Shown here: piece after piece, positions 38,192 through 47,365 of the stretch
Numbering within the stretch: the stretch's first letter is position 1
Layout: every line of letters begins with the position of its first letter
Assembly: GCA_958452935.1 (NCBI GenBank)
Contig: CAUDVX010000003.1
Coordinates: forward strand, 5,387-69,386
Source: an uncultured Collinsella sp.
GTDB lineage: Bacteria; Actinomycetota; Coriobacteriia; Coriobacteriales; Coriobacteriaceae
Direction: 5' to 3'
Length of the DNA stretch: 64,000 nt
Notes under the pieces: generated by a model
The model's database searches: none
What the model saw: only the letters and a program-made list of their open reading frames with translations
Told to the model about the DNA's origin: nothing
Made by a program: the position numbers and the translations under genes

Positions 38192-39427
38192 TTGCGTATA
38201 TACCGACGTGAAAAGTATCTGAAGCGAATGCGTGGTTTCTACCACGATGACGGGATGATCAAGGTGATCACCGGTGTTCGCAGGTGCGGCAAATCCTGTC
38301 TCATGCAATCGATCGCGGACGAGCTCGTGGAATCCGGTGTGGCGGAGGATCACATTATCTATATCGACCTCGACTCACGGGAGAACAGGAAGGTCAAGAC
38401 GACCGATGAGCTCGAAAACCTTATTGACATGTCGACCCCCGCAGACACTGAGGGGACGAAGTACCTTTTCATCGATGAGATTCAGAACGTAGAGGAATTC
38501 GAGCTGCTCATCAACGGCTACCGGACAGATGGCGGTTGGTCCATCTTCATTACCGGTTCGAATTCATATCTGCTTTCTGGGCAGCTTGTTACAAAGCTGA
38601 CGGGTCGCTATATCGAGTTCGAGGTGTTCCCACTCGATTTTGCGGAATATATCAATATGAAGCGTTTTCTCGGCAAGCCCGTCAATGACCTTCTCGTGGG
38701 AGAGTTTACCGAGTACCTGACCCTTGGAGGCTTTCCCAAAGCGCTGGAGTATGAGGGCGAGGATGAAAAGCGCACCTATATCAAAAGTGTTATTCATGAG
38801 ATCTTTGAAAAGGACGTCAAACATTCGAACAAGATCAAGAATGTCTCGGTTTTCGATGCCGTCCAGACGTATCTCATCAACAACTTTGGTGCGCCGACGA
38901 ACCTGAAGAACCTCCTTGCGTACTTCAATGATGTCGAGAAGATTCCCATCAAGCGCGAAACGCTCAATCGGTATATCCAGATTCTTGTTGACGCGAAGAT
39001 CCTTTATCGCTGTTCGAGGTTCGATCTCAAGTCTCGGCGGTCGCTTATCCGCGAAGAGAAGTACTACCTGGCTGATCCCGGCTTCTATTTCGCCATGAAC
39101 ACGGATGCGAGGATTAACTACGGGCCGGCATTGGAGAACGTGCTCTACCTCTATCTTGCATCGCGCGGGTACGAGCTTTCTGTGGGCCGTATTGGGAAGC
39201 TCGAGTGTGACTTCATCGCTCGTAGGCGCAATGCTTACGCCTACATCCAGGTCTCTATGTCGATTGCCGACAGAGGCGTCGAGGAGCGCGAGTACAGGCC
39301 GTTCGGCCATATCAGGGATGGGTATCCGCGCTACTTGTTCACGCTTGATCCTCTATTGCAGGAGAGGGATGGCGTCAGGCACCTTAACATGGCGTCGTTT
39401 ATGCAAGATGGCGGTGATCTTATTTGA
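38192..39427 (+). CDS. AAA_14 ATPase with DUF4143 (PD-(D/E)xK-like) C-terminus
   Basis: ITGVRRCGKS, FIDEIQ, ITGSNS, KYYLADPG, LENVLY, ECDFIA, YIQVS. Confidence 0.88.
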   Translation: MRIYRREKYLKRMRGFYHDDGMIKVITGVRRCGKSCLMQSIADELVESGVAEDHIIYIDLDSRENRKVKTTDELENLIDMSTPADTEGTKYLFIDEIQNVEEFELLINGYRTDGGWSIFITGSNSYLLSGQLVTKLTGRYIEFEVFPLDFAEYINMKRFLGKPVNDLLVGEFTEYLTLGGFPKALEYEGEDEKRTYIKSVIHEIFEKDVKHSNKIKNVSVFDAVQTYLINNFGAPTNLKNLLAYFNDVEKIPIKRETLNRYIQILVDAKILYRCSRFDLKSRRSLIREEKYYLADPGFYFAMNTDARINYGPALENVLYLYLASRGYELSVGRIGKLECDFIARRRNAYAYIQVSMSIADRGVEEREYRPFGHIRDGYPRYLFTLDPLLQERDGVRHLNMASFMQDGGDLI

Positions 39428-39454
39428 GCGGCGGCCAGATCCCTTTGGCGGCGT

Positions 39455-39603
39455 TATCGAACGTGCGCGTTCTCGTTGGCACCTTTAATCTCTTCCGGCA
39501 AATCGTCGGGAATCAGCGCCTTTACCCTATTCTCACTGCCATTCTGAATCGCCTGCTCGTAGTGTCAGCATTTGAACCTCAGCATATCCAGCGCACGGTT
39601 CAT
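39455..39603 (-). pseudogene. C-terminal fragment of a MerR paralogue
   Basis: MNRALDMLRFKC*HYEQAIQNGSENRVKALIPDDLPEEIK closely matches the end of 31776-32216 and contains a stop. Confidence 0.75.
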
Positions 39604-40439
39604 GTCCGCGCCGCCGAGAGCAGGGCGCCCAGGTCGGCCTGGATCGCCTCCGCCTTACTTCCGAGCTGCAACGGGGCCGAGTCGCCCGAGATGTTTACGC
39701 TCAGCAGGTGCGCATCCGTCAGCTTTGCGGTCATGCTCCAGAACGGGAGTGTGATGATGCCGGGGGTCATCTCGCCCACGCCCAGTTCCAGCAACAACAC
39801 ACGGACGTTACCGCGCTCGCGCACGAAGCGCTCGTATCGTTCGAGACTCTCGCGCCATGCCGTGCCCTGCAGAAACGTGTCGTCCCGTACCCACGGCACA
39901 AGCTGCCAACCGCAGTGCGGGCATCGGGGGACATCCTCGCTGCGGATCTCGAACCCCGCCATACCTGCGAGCATGCGCTCGACGTAGGGACTCGCATCGA
40001 AGATCTCGTCGCAGCATGGTTGCTTGCACTGAAGGTGCGCGAAGCTTCCCTGATAGTTGCAGGTATTCTCGGCAGGAAACGTCTTCTCGACCTGGGTGTC
40101 CACATTGGTGCTCAGGATGAAGTAATCCTTATGGCCGATGAGGGACCGCAGGTCGAGATAGGGCTGCGAGGCAGGCTCGCGCAGCATGAAATCGATGTAT
40201 CGCGCGTAGTAGGCCCATTGCTGCTCGAGGCTGGGGTAGAGGTGGTAGAAGCCGTCGAAAAGGCTCTTGAAGCCAAAGGCTTGCTGCCAGTCCGCCATTC
40301 CGGCACGCGTCATGCCCGCGTGGTTGTAATGGTTGAACCCGGCGGCGCTCGACATGCCCGAGCCGATGCCGACGATGATGGCGTCGGCATCGTCGATAAG
40401 GCTTCGAAGCCTCATCGCTTCTCTTTCTAGAGGCGGCAT
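39600..40439 (-). CDS. Sir2-family (class M/SirTM-like) protein
   Basis: GIGSGMSSAAG, STNVD, QGSFAHLQC..CC, PRCPHCG, LLELGVGEMTPGII. Confidence 0.8.
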   Translation of the reverse strand: MPPLEREAMRLRSLIDDADAIIVGIGSGMSSAAGFNHYNHAGMTRAGMADWQQAFGFKSLFDGFYHLYPSLEQQWAYYARYIDFMLREPASQPYLDLRSLIGHKDYFILSTNVDTQVEKTFPAENTCNYQGSFAHLQCKQPCCDEIFDASPYVERMLAGMAGFEIRSEDVPRCPHCGWQLVPWVRDDTFLQGTAWRESLERYERFVRERGNVRVLLLELGVGEMTPGIITLPFWSMTAKLTDAHLLSVNISGDSAPLQLGSKAEAIQADLGALLSAART

Positions 40440-41125
40440 CGGGCGGTCTCCTCAAAAGCCGGGGCCATATCGCCGTCAACGAGAATTGTCTCGCACGATG
40501 CATCGGGCGCCAGGGCCTGACTGTAGTTGAACACGATGTAGGTGGCGTGTTCGCAGACGTTCGCGACCTGAGCGAGCATGCGCTTTATGACGCCGTTGCG
40601 CAGTCCCACACCAAGTTCGAGGATGGCAACCTTGTGGTTGCGATGGGCTTGCACAAGGTGTGCGAGCTCTTCGAGCTGTGCCATGGCGAGGGCATCTGGA
40701 TGGGCGAGACGACGCTCGTCAATCGACGTGCGTATGCTCCCTTCCGTTTCGAGCACGCTGTTCTCGTTGAACCCTGCACGTGCGAAGTGTCCGTCGATAT
40801 TGCACGTGATCACGAAGGTGTCAGCGTGCTCCGTAAGATGCCGCAGCCTGTTCATGAGCGGGCTGGGCTCATACTCGACATACTCCTTTTGATGGAACCG
40901 CTCGGCCCATCGGCGTCGTACGTTTGCATCTGGAGAGGCGAGCCCCTGCAGAATGCAGCCGATGCCGTCGGCCTGGGCGAGGTCCCCGTACGCCTCTCGG
41001 AAATGGGCGTCGGCGCAGAAGAGATTGAGTCCCTCCGCCATGTCGAGCCCGTTGCTGGCGCCGATGATGACAAGATCCGCCTCGGCAAGTGCCTGGCCGA
41101 TACGAACCGCTTTTACCGTTTCCAT
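40427..41125 (-). CDS. Sir2-family protein lacking the zinc-binding subdomain
   Basis: IGASNGLDMAEG, ITCNIDGHF, LELGVGLRN; no CxxC pairs after ETEG. Confidence 0.65.
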   Translation of the reverse strand: METVKAVRIGQALAEADLVIIGASNGLDMAEGLNLFCADAHFREAYGDLAQADGIGCILQGLASPDANVRRRWAERFHQKEYVEYEPSPLMNRLRHLTEHADTFVITCNIDGHFARAGFNENSVLETEGSIRTSIDERRLAHPDALAMAQLEELAHLVQAHRNHKVAILELGVGLRNGVIKRMLAQVANVCEHATYIVFNYSQALAPDASCETILVDGDMAPAFEETARCRL

Positions 41126-41128
41126 GCG

Positions 41129-42094
41129 CTACCTACCCAGCGTCTTGCGCACGTCGGCGAGCACGTCGGCGATACCGGCACGAACGGCGAGCCCCCGATC
41201 CTCGATTGCACGGGGGAGAAACTGCGTCCTGTTGTTCACGGCGATGTAGCCAGCCTGCGGCAACTGCGCTGTGAGGGCCCAGAACGGCTCCTGGATAAAC
41301 GCAGGCGTCATGCGGCCCACGCCCAGCTCGAGGAAAAGGATCCTCTGCCGCGCGTGCGCGTCGAGCCAGTCGGACACCTTGTGGTACTGCTCCTCGTAGA
41401 GCGCGCCCTGCAGGAAGTTGCCGTAGCCGCGAACCCAGGGGAACGCCTCTGCCCCGCAGTGGGGGCAGCGCGGCACGAGCTCTGTCGGAACCTCAAGGCC
41501 GTCTCCCATGGCCTCTACCATGCGGGAGACCGGCTCGACCGCGTCCCACACCTCGTCGGTGCAACAGTGGGAGCACTGGAATAAGCGGTGGTCGCCTTGG
41601 ATCTCGGCCACCTTCTCCCAGGGGTAGAGTTTCACAAACTGCGTGTCCTGGTTGGTGGTGAGAACGAAGAAGTCTTTCTCGGTAAGAATGGCGTCGAGAT
41701 CTTTGTAGGGCTCGCGCAGCGGGGCGTTGAGCGTGGTGTCGAGGAAGGTGGCAAGGTAGCCCCAGCGCGACTCGGCGGTGGGCCAGCGGTAGGACGACCC
41801 TTCAAAAGCGCCCCTGAAACCGTAGCGCTCGGCGAATTTACCGAAATGCCTGCGATAGGTCGCGTTGTCCTCGTAGTAGAAGTCGCCGCCGCCCGCCGCG
41901 GAGAGCCCGGAGGCCCCGCCTACAAGCACGCAATCGGCTTCATCGATCATGCGGGCAAACGTTTCGATTTGCTGGTCGTAGGGCTCGGGCTCGCGGGCAC
42001 TCAGCTCATAGGGCGTGCCGCCGGTGCGGTAGGCGGCCTGATGGGAAAACGATTGGTTGGTGAGTTCGATAACGAGCCGCTCGTATAGAGTCAC
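41129..42094 (-). CDS. Sir2-family (class M/SirTM-like) protein
   Basis: VGGASGLSAAGG, TTNQD, IQGDHRLFQCSHCC, PRCPHCG, LELGVGRMTPAFI. Confidence 0.8.
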   Translation of the reverse strand: MTLYERLVIELTNQSFSHQAAYRTGGTPYELSAREPEPYDQQIETFARMIDEADCVLVGGASGLSAAGGGDFYYEDNATYRRHFGKFAERYGFRGAFEGSSYRWPTAESRWGYLATFLDTTLNAPLREPYKDLDAILTEKDFFVLTTNQDTQFVKLYPWEKVAEIQGDHRLFQCSHCCTDEVWDAVEPVSRMVEAMGDGLEVPTELVPRCPHCGAEAFPWVRGYGNFLQGALYEEQYHKVSDWLDAHARQRILFLELGVGRMTPAFIQEPFWALTAQLPQAGYIAVNNRTQFLPRAIEDRGLAVRAGIADVLADVRKTLGR

Positions 42095-42237
42095 TTGATA
42101 CTCTCTTTCAACTACAATGAACAGGTGTCTATAAAAAGTATCAATGTTGATTTGCGTCAGAGCAATGAACAGTTTCGAGCTGCTGTCGATAAACGAGCGG
42201 CTTCTGGATATTGTTGAGCGCTGCAATTGGAGGGGCC

Positions 42238-42795
42238 ATGGAATCGGGGAAGATCGATCGTCGCCGACGCTACACGCTCTCGGTTATACGGGAGGCGTTC
42301 TTTGCGCTGCTGGCCGAGGTCGGCTTCGCGAAGATGACGGTGGCGGATATTTGCCGCTGCGCCGATATCAACCGCGGCACGTTCTATTTGCACTACGAGG
42401 ACAAGTTCGCACTGCTCGACGCACTTATCGACGAGGCCCTGGCAGCGGCGCCCCCACTCGAGGGAACGGGGGCGGGGGCCCTCTGCCAGCGCCCATCGGC
42501 AAACGATGACTATTATCTGCTCTACTCGGATGACGATGCGTACGCCCGGGTGGCGCAGCGCGTCGTCGAGCGCGGCGCTGAGCAGATGGTCCCCTCTATC
42601 ATGGAGAAGACCGGGCTTTCGCGCGAGGACGCCCGTCTGCTCTTCGTCCACAACGTCCAGGGAAATCTCGCGGTCAACCGCCTGCTCGGTTGGAGGCGAG
42701 GGCCCGAGTTCGCCCACGCCCAGGAGCTGCTCAGCGCCTATTCCGAAGGGGGCATGCGGGCGGTATCGGCCCCTTGCACACCGATCGCGAATTAG
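42238..42795 (+). CDS. TetR/AcrR-family regulator
   Basis: DRRRRYT...TVADICRCADINRGTFYLHYEDK. Confidence 0.88.
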   Translation: MESGKIDRRRRYTLSVIREAFFALLAEVGFAKMTVADICRCADINRGTFYLHYEDKFALLDALIDEALAAAPPLEGTGAGALCQRPSANDDYYLLYSDDDAYARVAQRVVERGAEQMVPSIMEKTGLSREDARLLFVHNVQGNLAVNRLLGWRRGPEFAHAQELLSAYSEGGMRAVSAPCTPIAN

Positions 42796-43145
42796 AACAT
42801 GATAGCGTCGTCGGCCGTGAAGGCATCAAGGGATCCCTGCTTGACCTGGATGCAGACGTATGTGATGCCCGAGTCGGATGCGGCGCGGAACTGACGGTGT
42901 GCGGCGGGGGAAATGCGCAGCCAGTCGCCGGCTGCAAGCTCGATTTCCTCACCGTCAATCGTGACCGAGCCAGCGCCTTCGAGCACGCCATAGATTTCCT
43001 CGTTTTCCTTGTGTGCATGGACGAACGGAACGCCAGCGCCGGCGGGAAGATTGTTGACACTCACCTCTGCCCCGGTAAGCCCGAGCACTTCGTGCAGCTC
43101 GACACGGCTCTCATTACCGATGTGGGTCTTTGCATAATTAGCCAT
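42792..43145 (-). CDS. Cupin domain protein
   Basis: PFVHAHKENEEIY...AHRQF. Confidence 0.85.
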   Translation of the reverse strand: MANYAKTHIGNESRVELHEVLGLTGAEVSVNNLPAGAGVPFVHAHKENEEIYGVLEGAGSVTIDGEEIELAAGDWLRISPAAHRQFRAASDSGITYVCIQVKQGSLDAFTADDAIMF

Positions 43146-43299
43146 AATGGTTCCTCTCTTGGGGTTGATTTACCTTGCAGGCATCTCCTGCGTGAGATAT
43201 ATTCAACGCGAAGGCTCATGCAAATACGAGTACGCACATATTTGTAACTGCGTACTTTTTTGTGAAACCGGTATGGTCAAGGAGGTTGAGTCTCCCGTG

Positions 43300-43623
43300 A
43301 TGGCGAAAGAGGAGCTTCCGGAGTGTCCGGTCGCAACGGCGGTAGCGCTCATTGGCGGCAAGTGGAAGCTGCTCATTATCCGTAACTTGCGCGTACGCCC
43401 CTGGCGTTTCAACGAGTTGCGCCGCGACCTCGAGGGGATCTCTCAGAAGGTGCTTACCGACAGCCTGCGACAGATGGAGGATGATGGGCTGGTCTTTCGC
43501 CGCGACTATGGCGAGAACCCTCCCCGCGTTGAGTATGGCCTTACCGAGCTCGGTCGCCAGATGATGCCCGTCGTGGACTCGCTGGCAGACTTCGGCGCTT
43601 ATTACAAGACGGTCGTTTCGTAG
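43300..43623 (+). CDS. HxlR-family regulator
   Basis: CPV...IGGKWK...ISQKVLT...PPRVEY; dyad AGTACGCA-N-TGCGTACT at ~43229-43257. Confidence 0.9.
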   Translation: MAKEELPECPVATAVALIGGKWKLLIIRNLRVRPWRFNELRRDLEGISQKVLTDSLRQMEDDGLVFRRDYGENPPRVEYGLTELGRQMMPVVDSLADFGAYYKTVVS

Positions 43624-43732
43624 CGGACACGCTGCTTAGGGGGCGGAGAACCGCTACGAGGGTGCTAACGAAAACCTGTCCCGAATCATCAAAAAAGGCC
43701 GCGCGCCTGCGGCATGAAGGAGGGAGATTTCT

Positions 43733-44263
43733 ATGAATATCGTTGTATTGAGCGGCAGCCCGCGTAAGGGCGCCAATACCGACACCATGGTTGAGGCGTT
43801 TGCCGAGACCGCGCGCGAGGGCGGCAATACGGTCGAGGTCGTCCGTGTTGCCAGCAAGAAAATCGCTGGTTGCCTGGGGTGTGAGTATTGCTTCGCCCAT
43901 GAGGGCACTTGCGTGCAGAAGGATGACATGGCCGACGTGATCGAGTCGCTGAAAGGCGCCGATATGGTTGTCTTCGCTTCGCCTATCTACTGGTTTGATA
44001 TCACTGCGCAGGAGAAGGCCGCCATCGACCGCCTGTACGCCTTCGGTGCTACGGGCTTCCCGTTCACCAAGACGGCCCTTTTGCTTGATAGCCACAGCGA
44101 GGGCGTCTATGATGCGGCGATCGCTATGTACAAGTCAACCTGCGCGTACTGCAAGTGGGAGGACCAAGGCATTATCACCATCAGCGGTATGACCGAGCGC
44201 GATAGCATGGCATCGTCGCCCAAGTTGGAAGAGGTGCGAGAGCTCGCTCGCAAGCTCGCCTAA
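43733..44263 (+). CDS. Flavodoxin-family iron-sulfur flavoprotein
   Basis: GSPRKGANT, CLGCEYC...CVQKDD, ASPIYW. Confidence 0.88.
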   Translation: MNIVVLSGSPRKGANTDTMVEAFAETAREGGNTVEVVRVASKKIAGCLGCEYCFAHEGTCVQKDDMADVIESLKGADMVVFASPIYWFDITAQEKAAIDRLYAFGATGFPFTKTALLLDSHSEGVYDAAIAMYKSTCAYCKWEDQGIITISGMTERDSMASSPKLEEVRELARKLA

Positions 44264-44372
44264 GGGCAAGAAGAACGCATGGCAATCGGTGTTGGTGGAA
44301 AATGCTTGCTATCCTTACCAAGAGGAATGCTGATTGCCATGCGTTGATGCTTCCGCGGACAATTCCGGCGTG

Positions 44373-44845
44373 CTAAAACGCCTTCTCGTTCAAGAATTCC
44401 CTGAACGCGGGAATGTCAAAGCCAACGAGACCACGCCCGCGTTCTCCAATGACGCCGTCCTCCAGGAGGCGGCGTTTGTATTGGCTTGCGTAGTTGCTGG
44501 CGACGCCCATGCGTTTGGCTATCTCCGAGACCCTGCTGGGGCCAGAATCGGGCAGCATCGCGAGCAAAAACTCAATGTCTTTATCGGAAAGCTCCCGATA
44601 GGTCGTTTCGAGAGAAGCCCGATGTCATGCTTCTCGAGTTGCCTGAAGACGCCATTCATGCCCGTGCGCCAGTTGCCCTGAGCCTCTTGAGCATATGTCC
44701 AATCGATGCCCACTGGGCCAATTTGAACACCGTTTATGCGCGCGTGAGGCTGTGAGAGGTAGCTATCTGCGGCTTCTTTGGTTCGCTCGATAATATCTTC
44801 GAGCATGCCTGGCATGGCGGAGACATTTGCTGCGATCCATGGTGG
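44373..44845 (-). pseudogene. Internally deleted ATP-binding protein (ATPase fragment + C-terminal winged HTH)
   Basis: Two out-of-frame fragments; the C-terminal one is SEIAKRMGVASNYASQYKRRLLEDGVI...GFDIPAFREFL; no Walker A. Confidence 0.6.
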
Positions 44846-44850
44846 CCCCT

Positions 44851-44924
44851 TTGCAGGTTTTGCTAACTTTTGCAACTTTTGCTAACTTTTGCAACTTTTG
44901 CTAAATTTTGCAAGTTTTGCTAAT
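44851..44924. repeat. Tandem repeat, ~19-bp unit TTTTGCTAACTTTTGCAAC (~3.5 copies)
   Basis: Alternating 10- and 9-bp TTTTGC(T)AA subunits seen directly. Confidence 0.85.
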
Positions 44925-45000
44925 GGCTTAACATGCCTTGTGCCGTGGGATTGCAGGAGTGAAAAACGGGGAGTTCTATTATTCCGACTACGTTGCAACG

Positions 45001-45045
45001 AGCGGGGCCCGGAGCGCGATGTTGCTGCGCTCCGGGCCCCGCTGC
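45001..45045. terminator. Strong hairpin downstream of the topoisomerase A gene
   Basis: AGCGGGGCCCGGAGCGC...GCGCTCCGGGCCCCGCT. Confidence 0.7.
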
Positions 45046-45079
45046 TTTGTAAACCCATGACGGTTTGGCCGCCGTTGTT

Positions 45080-47320
45080 TTAGTCAAACAGACTCGGCAT
45101 GTCGTTTTCTTTCATGAGGGCACCGGCAGAAGGCAGGCTCTGCGCGGTGAACTTTTCGGCCGAGACGCCGGCGCCAAGAATCTCCTCGGTCGTGCCGACG
45201 GTGGTGACCGAGCGGCCCTTCTTGGCCGTAAAGGCCTGGACGCCCTGCGTGTTGGTGGTCGTCTTGGTCTTGAGCAGCGACGTGTTGAAGTTCATCAAAC
45301 GATAGTCGCTCGAGACCAGCGCGATGTCGCGGTCCTCCTTGAGCACCTGGGCATACAGCAGCTTGCTGCCACCGTAGATGGCGTTCTTGAGGCGCTTGCG
45401 GTTGGTCTTGGTGACGTATCCGGAAAGCGCGACGCGCACCACGCGGCCGTTCTCAAAGACGAACAGCACGTCGGCCTTGTAGTCCTCGGGGTCGATGACC
45501 CAGATGACACTCTCATCGGGTTCCATCTCAAGATCGGTCGGCAGGTACGAGCCCAGCTGGGCCGACTTGGTATCCTCAAACGCCGCAACCTTGCACTTGT
45601 ACACCTGGCTCTTGTTGGTAAAGACCAGCAGCTCGTGGGTGTTGGAGGACGGGAACTCGATAAAGGGCTTGTCGCCGTCCTTGTACTTGAGCGTGGTGGC
45701 CTTCTTAAGCACGCGGTCCGTCATCTTCTTAAGGTAGCCATCGCGCGAGAGCATGATGGTGACCGGGTACTCCTCGACCTCGGGCTCCAAGCTTACCTCG
45801 ATAACCTCATGGGGCTCAATCCTGCCCGTGCGGCGCGGCATCACGTACTTCTTGTTGACCGCGGCCAGCTCGTCGCTGATGACTTTCTTGATGTTCTCCT
45901 CGCTGGAGAGGATCTCCTCAAGCTCGGCAATCTCGCCCTCAAGCTTGGCAATGTCCTTGGTGCGGTTGAGGATGTACTCCTCGTTGATGTTACGGAGCTT
46001 GAGCTCGGCAACAAACTCGGCCTGGGTCTCGTCGATGTCGAAACCCTTCATAAGGTTGGGCACGACCTCGGCCTCGAGCTTGGTGCCGCGAATGATGGCG
46101 ATGGCTTTGTCGATGTCGAGCAAGATCGCCTCGAGGCCGTGCAGCAGGTGCAGGCGCTCGGACTTTTTGCCCAGGTCAAAGTTAATGCGGCGACGCGTGG
46201 ACTCAATACGCCACTTGACCCACTCGTGCAGAATCTGGCGCACGCCCATAACACGGGGATAGCCGTCGACGAGTACGTTGAAGTTGCACGAGAACGAATC
46301 CTGCAGCGTGGTCGAGCGATAGAGCTTAGCCATGAGCTTGTCGGGGTCGACACCGCGCTTAAGGTCGATGGCGATGCGCAGACCCGAGAGGTCGGTCTCA
46401 TCGCGGATGTCAGCGATTTCCTTGACCTTGCCCTCCTTGGAGAGCTTGACGATGCGCTCGATGATGACATCGGTCTTGGTGGTGTAGGGGATTTCGTAGA
46501 CCTCGATGATGCGCTCTTCGGGAATCCAGCGCCAGCGGGAGCGAATCTGGAAGCTGCCAAGGCCGGTCTCGATAATCTTTTCCATCTCCTCGCGGCGGTA
46601 GATGATCTCGCCGCCAGTCGAGAAGTCGGGCATGGGCATGTACTCGAGCAGGTCGCAGTCGGGGTCTTGCAGGTAGTGCATTGTGGCAGTGCAGACCTCG
46701 TTGAGGTTGAAGCCGCAGATGTCGGACGCCATGGCGACGCCGATGCCTTTGTTGGCCGAGACGAGGATGTTGGGGAACGTGGTGGGCAGCAGGCGCGGCT
46801 CCTTCATGGCGCCGTCGTAGCTGTCGACGAAGTCGACCGGGTCCTTGTCGATGTCCTTGAAGATCTCGGCGCTGATGGGGGAGAGCTTGGCCTCGGTATA
46901 ACGCGAGGCGGCGTAGCTCAGGTCGCCCGAATAGTACTTGCCAAAGTTGCCCTTCGACTCTACGAAGGGGGCGAGCAGCGCCTCGTTGCCGGTGGCCAGA
47001 CGCACCATCGTCTCGTAGATCGCGGCGTCGCCGTGCGGGTTGAGCTTCATGGTCTGGCCCACGATGTTGGCGCTCTTCTGGCGCTCGCCCTTGAGCAGAC
47101 CCATCTTGTACATGGTGTAGAGCAGCTTGCGGTGCGAGGGCTTAAAGCCGTCGATCTCGGGGAACGCACGCGAGACGTTGACGCTCATGGCGTAGGGCAT
47201 GTAGTTGACCTCGAGCGTCTGCGTGATCGGCTGATCGGTGACCTCGGAGTGCAGGCCGATGACGTTCTCGGCGTTGACCTGCTTTTTCTTTGGCTGGTTC
47301 TTCGTCTTCTTCTTTGCCAC
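45080..47320 (-). CDS. Type IIA topoisomerase subunit A (GyrA/ParC-like, divergent)
   Basis: YAMSVNVSRAFP..DGFKPSHRK, NPHGDAAIYE, AASRYTE catalytic Tyr; short CTD without a recognisable GyrA-box. Confidence 0.9.
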   Translation of the reverse strand: MAKKKTKNQPKKKQVNAENVIGLHSEVTDQPITQTLEVNYMPYAMSVNVSRAFPEIDGFKPSHRKLLYTMYKMGLLKGERQKSANIVGQTMKLNPHGDAAIYETMVRLATGNEALLAPFVESKGNFGKYYSGDLSYAASRYTEAKLSPISAEIFKDIDKDPVDFVDSYDGAMKEPRLLPTTFPNILVSANKGIGVAMASDICGFNLNEVCTATMHYLQDPDCDLLEYMPMPDFSTGGEIIYRREEMEKIIETGLGSFQIRSRWRWIPEERIIEVYEIPYTTKTDVIIERIVKLSKEGKVKEIADIRDETDLSGLRIAIDLKRGVDPDKLMAKLYRSTTLQDSFSCNFNVLVDGYPRVMGVRQILHEWVKWRIESTRRRINFDLGKKSERLHLLHGLEAILLDIDKAIAIIRGTKLEAEVVPNLMKGFDIDETQAEFVAELKLRNINEEYILNRTKDIAKLEGEIAELEEILSSEENIKKVISDELAAVNKKYVMPRRTGRIEPHEVIEVSLEPEVEEYPVTIMLSRDGYLKKMTDRVLKKATTLKYKDGDKPFIEFPSSNTHELLVFTNKSQVYKCKVAAFEDTKSAQLGSYLPTDLEMEPDESVIWVIDPEDYKADVLFVFENGRVVRVALSGYVTKTNRKRLKNAIYGGSKLLYAQVLKEDRDIALVSSDYRLMNFNTSLLKTKTTTNTQGVQAFTAKKGRSVTTVGTTEEILGAGVSAEKFTAQSLPSAGALMKENDMPSLFD

Positions 47321-47365
47321 GATTTCCTCTTGAACTTCTTATGGGCCGTCGTTATCGATTTGCTG

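Noticed and set aside
44851..44924. Possible CRISPR array
   Set aside because: Units are contiguous 9-10 bp with no unique spacers, and no cas genes are present.
44944..44955. CGTGGGATTG as a sixth att core
   Set aside because: Only GTGGGA matches; no EWE-stop reading and no arm repeats.
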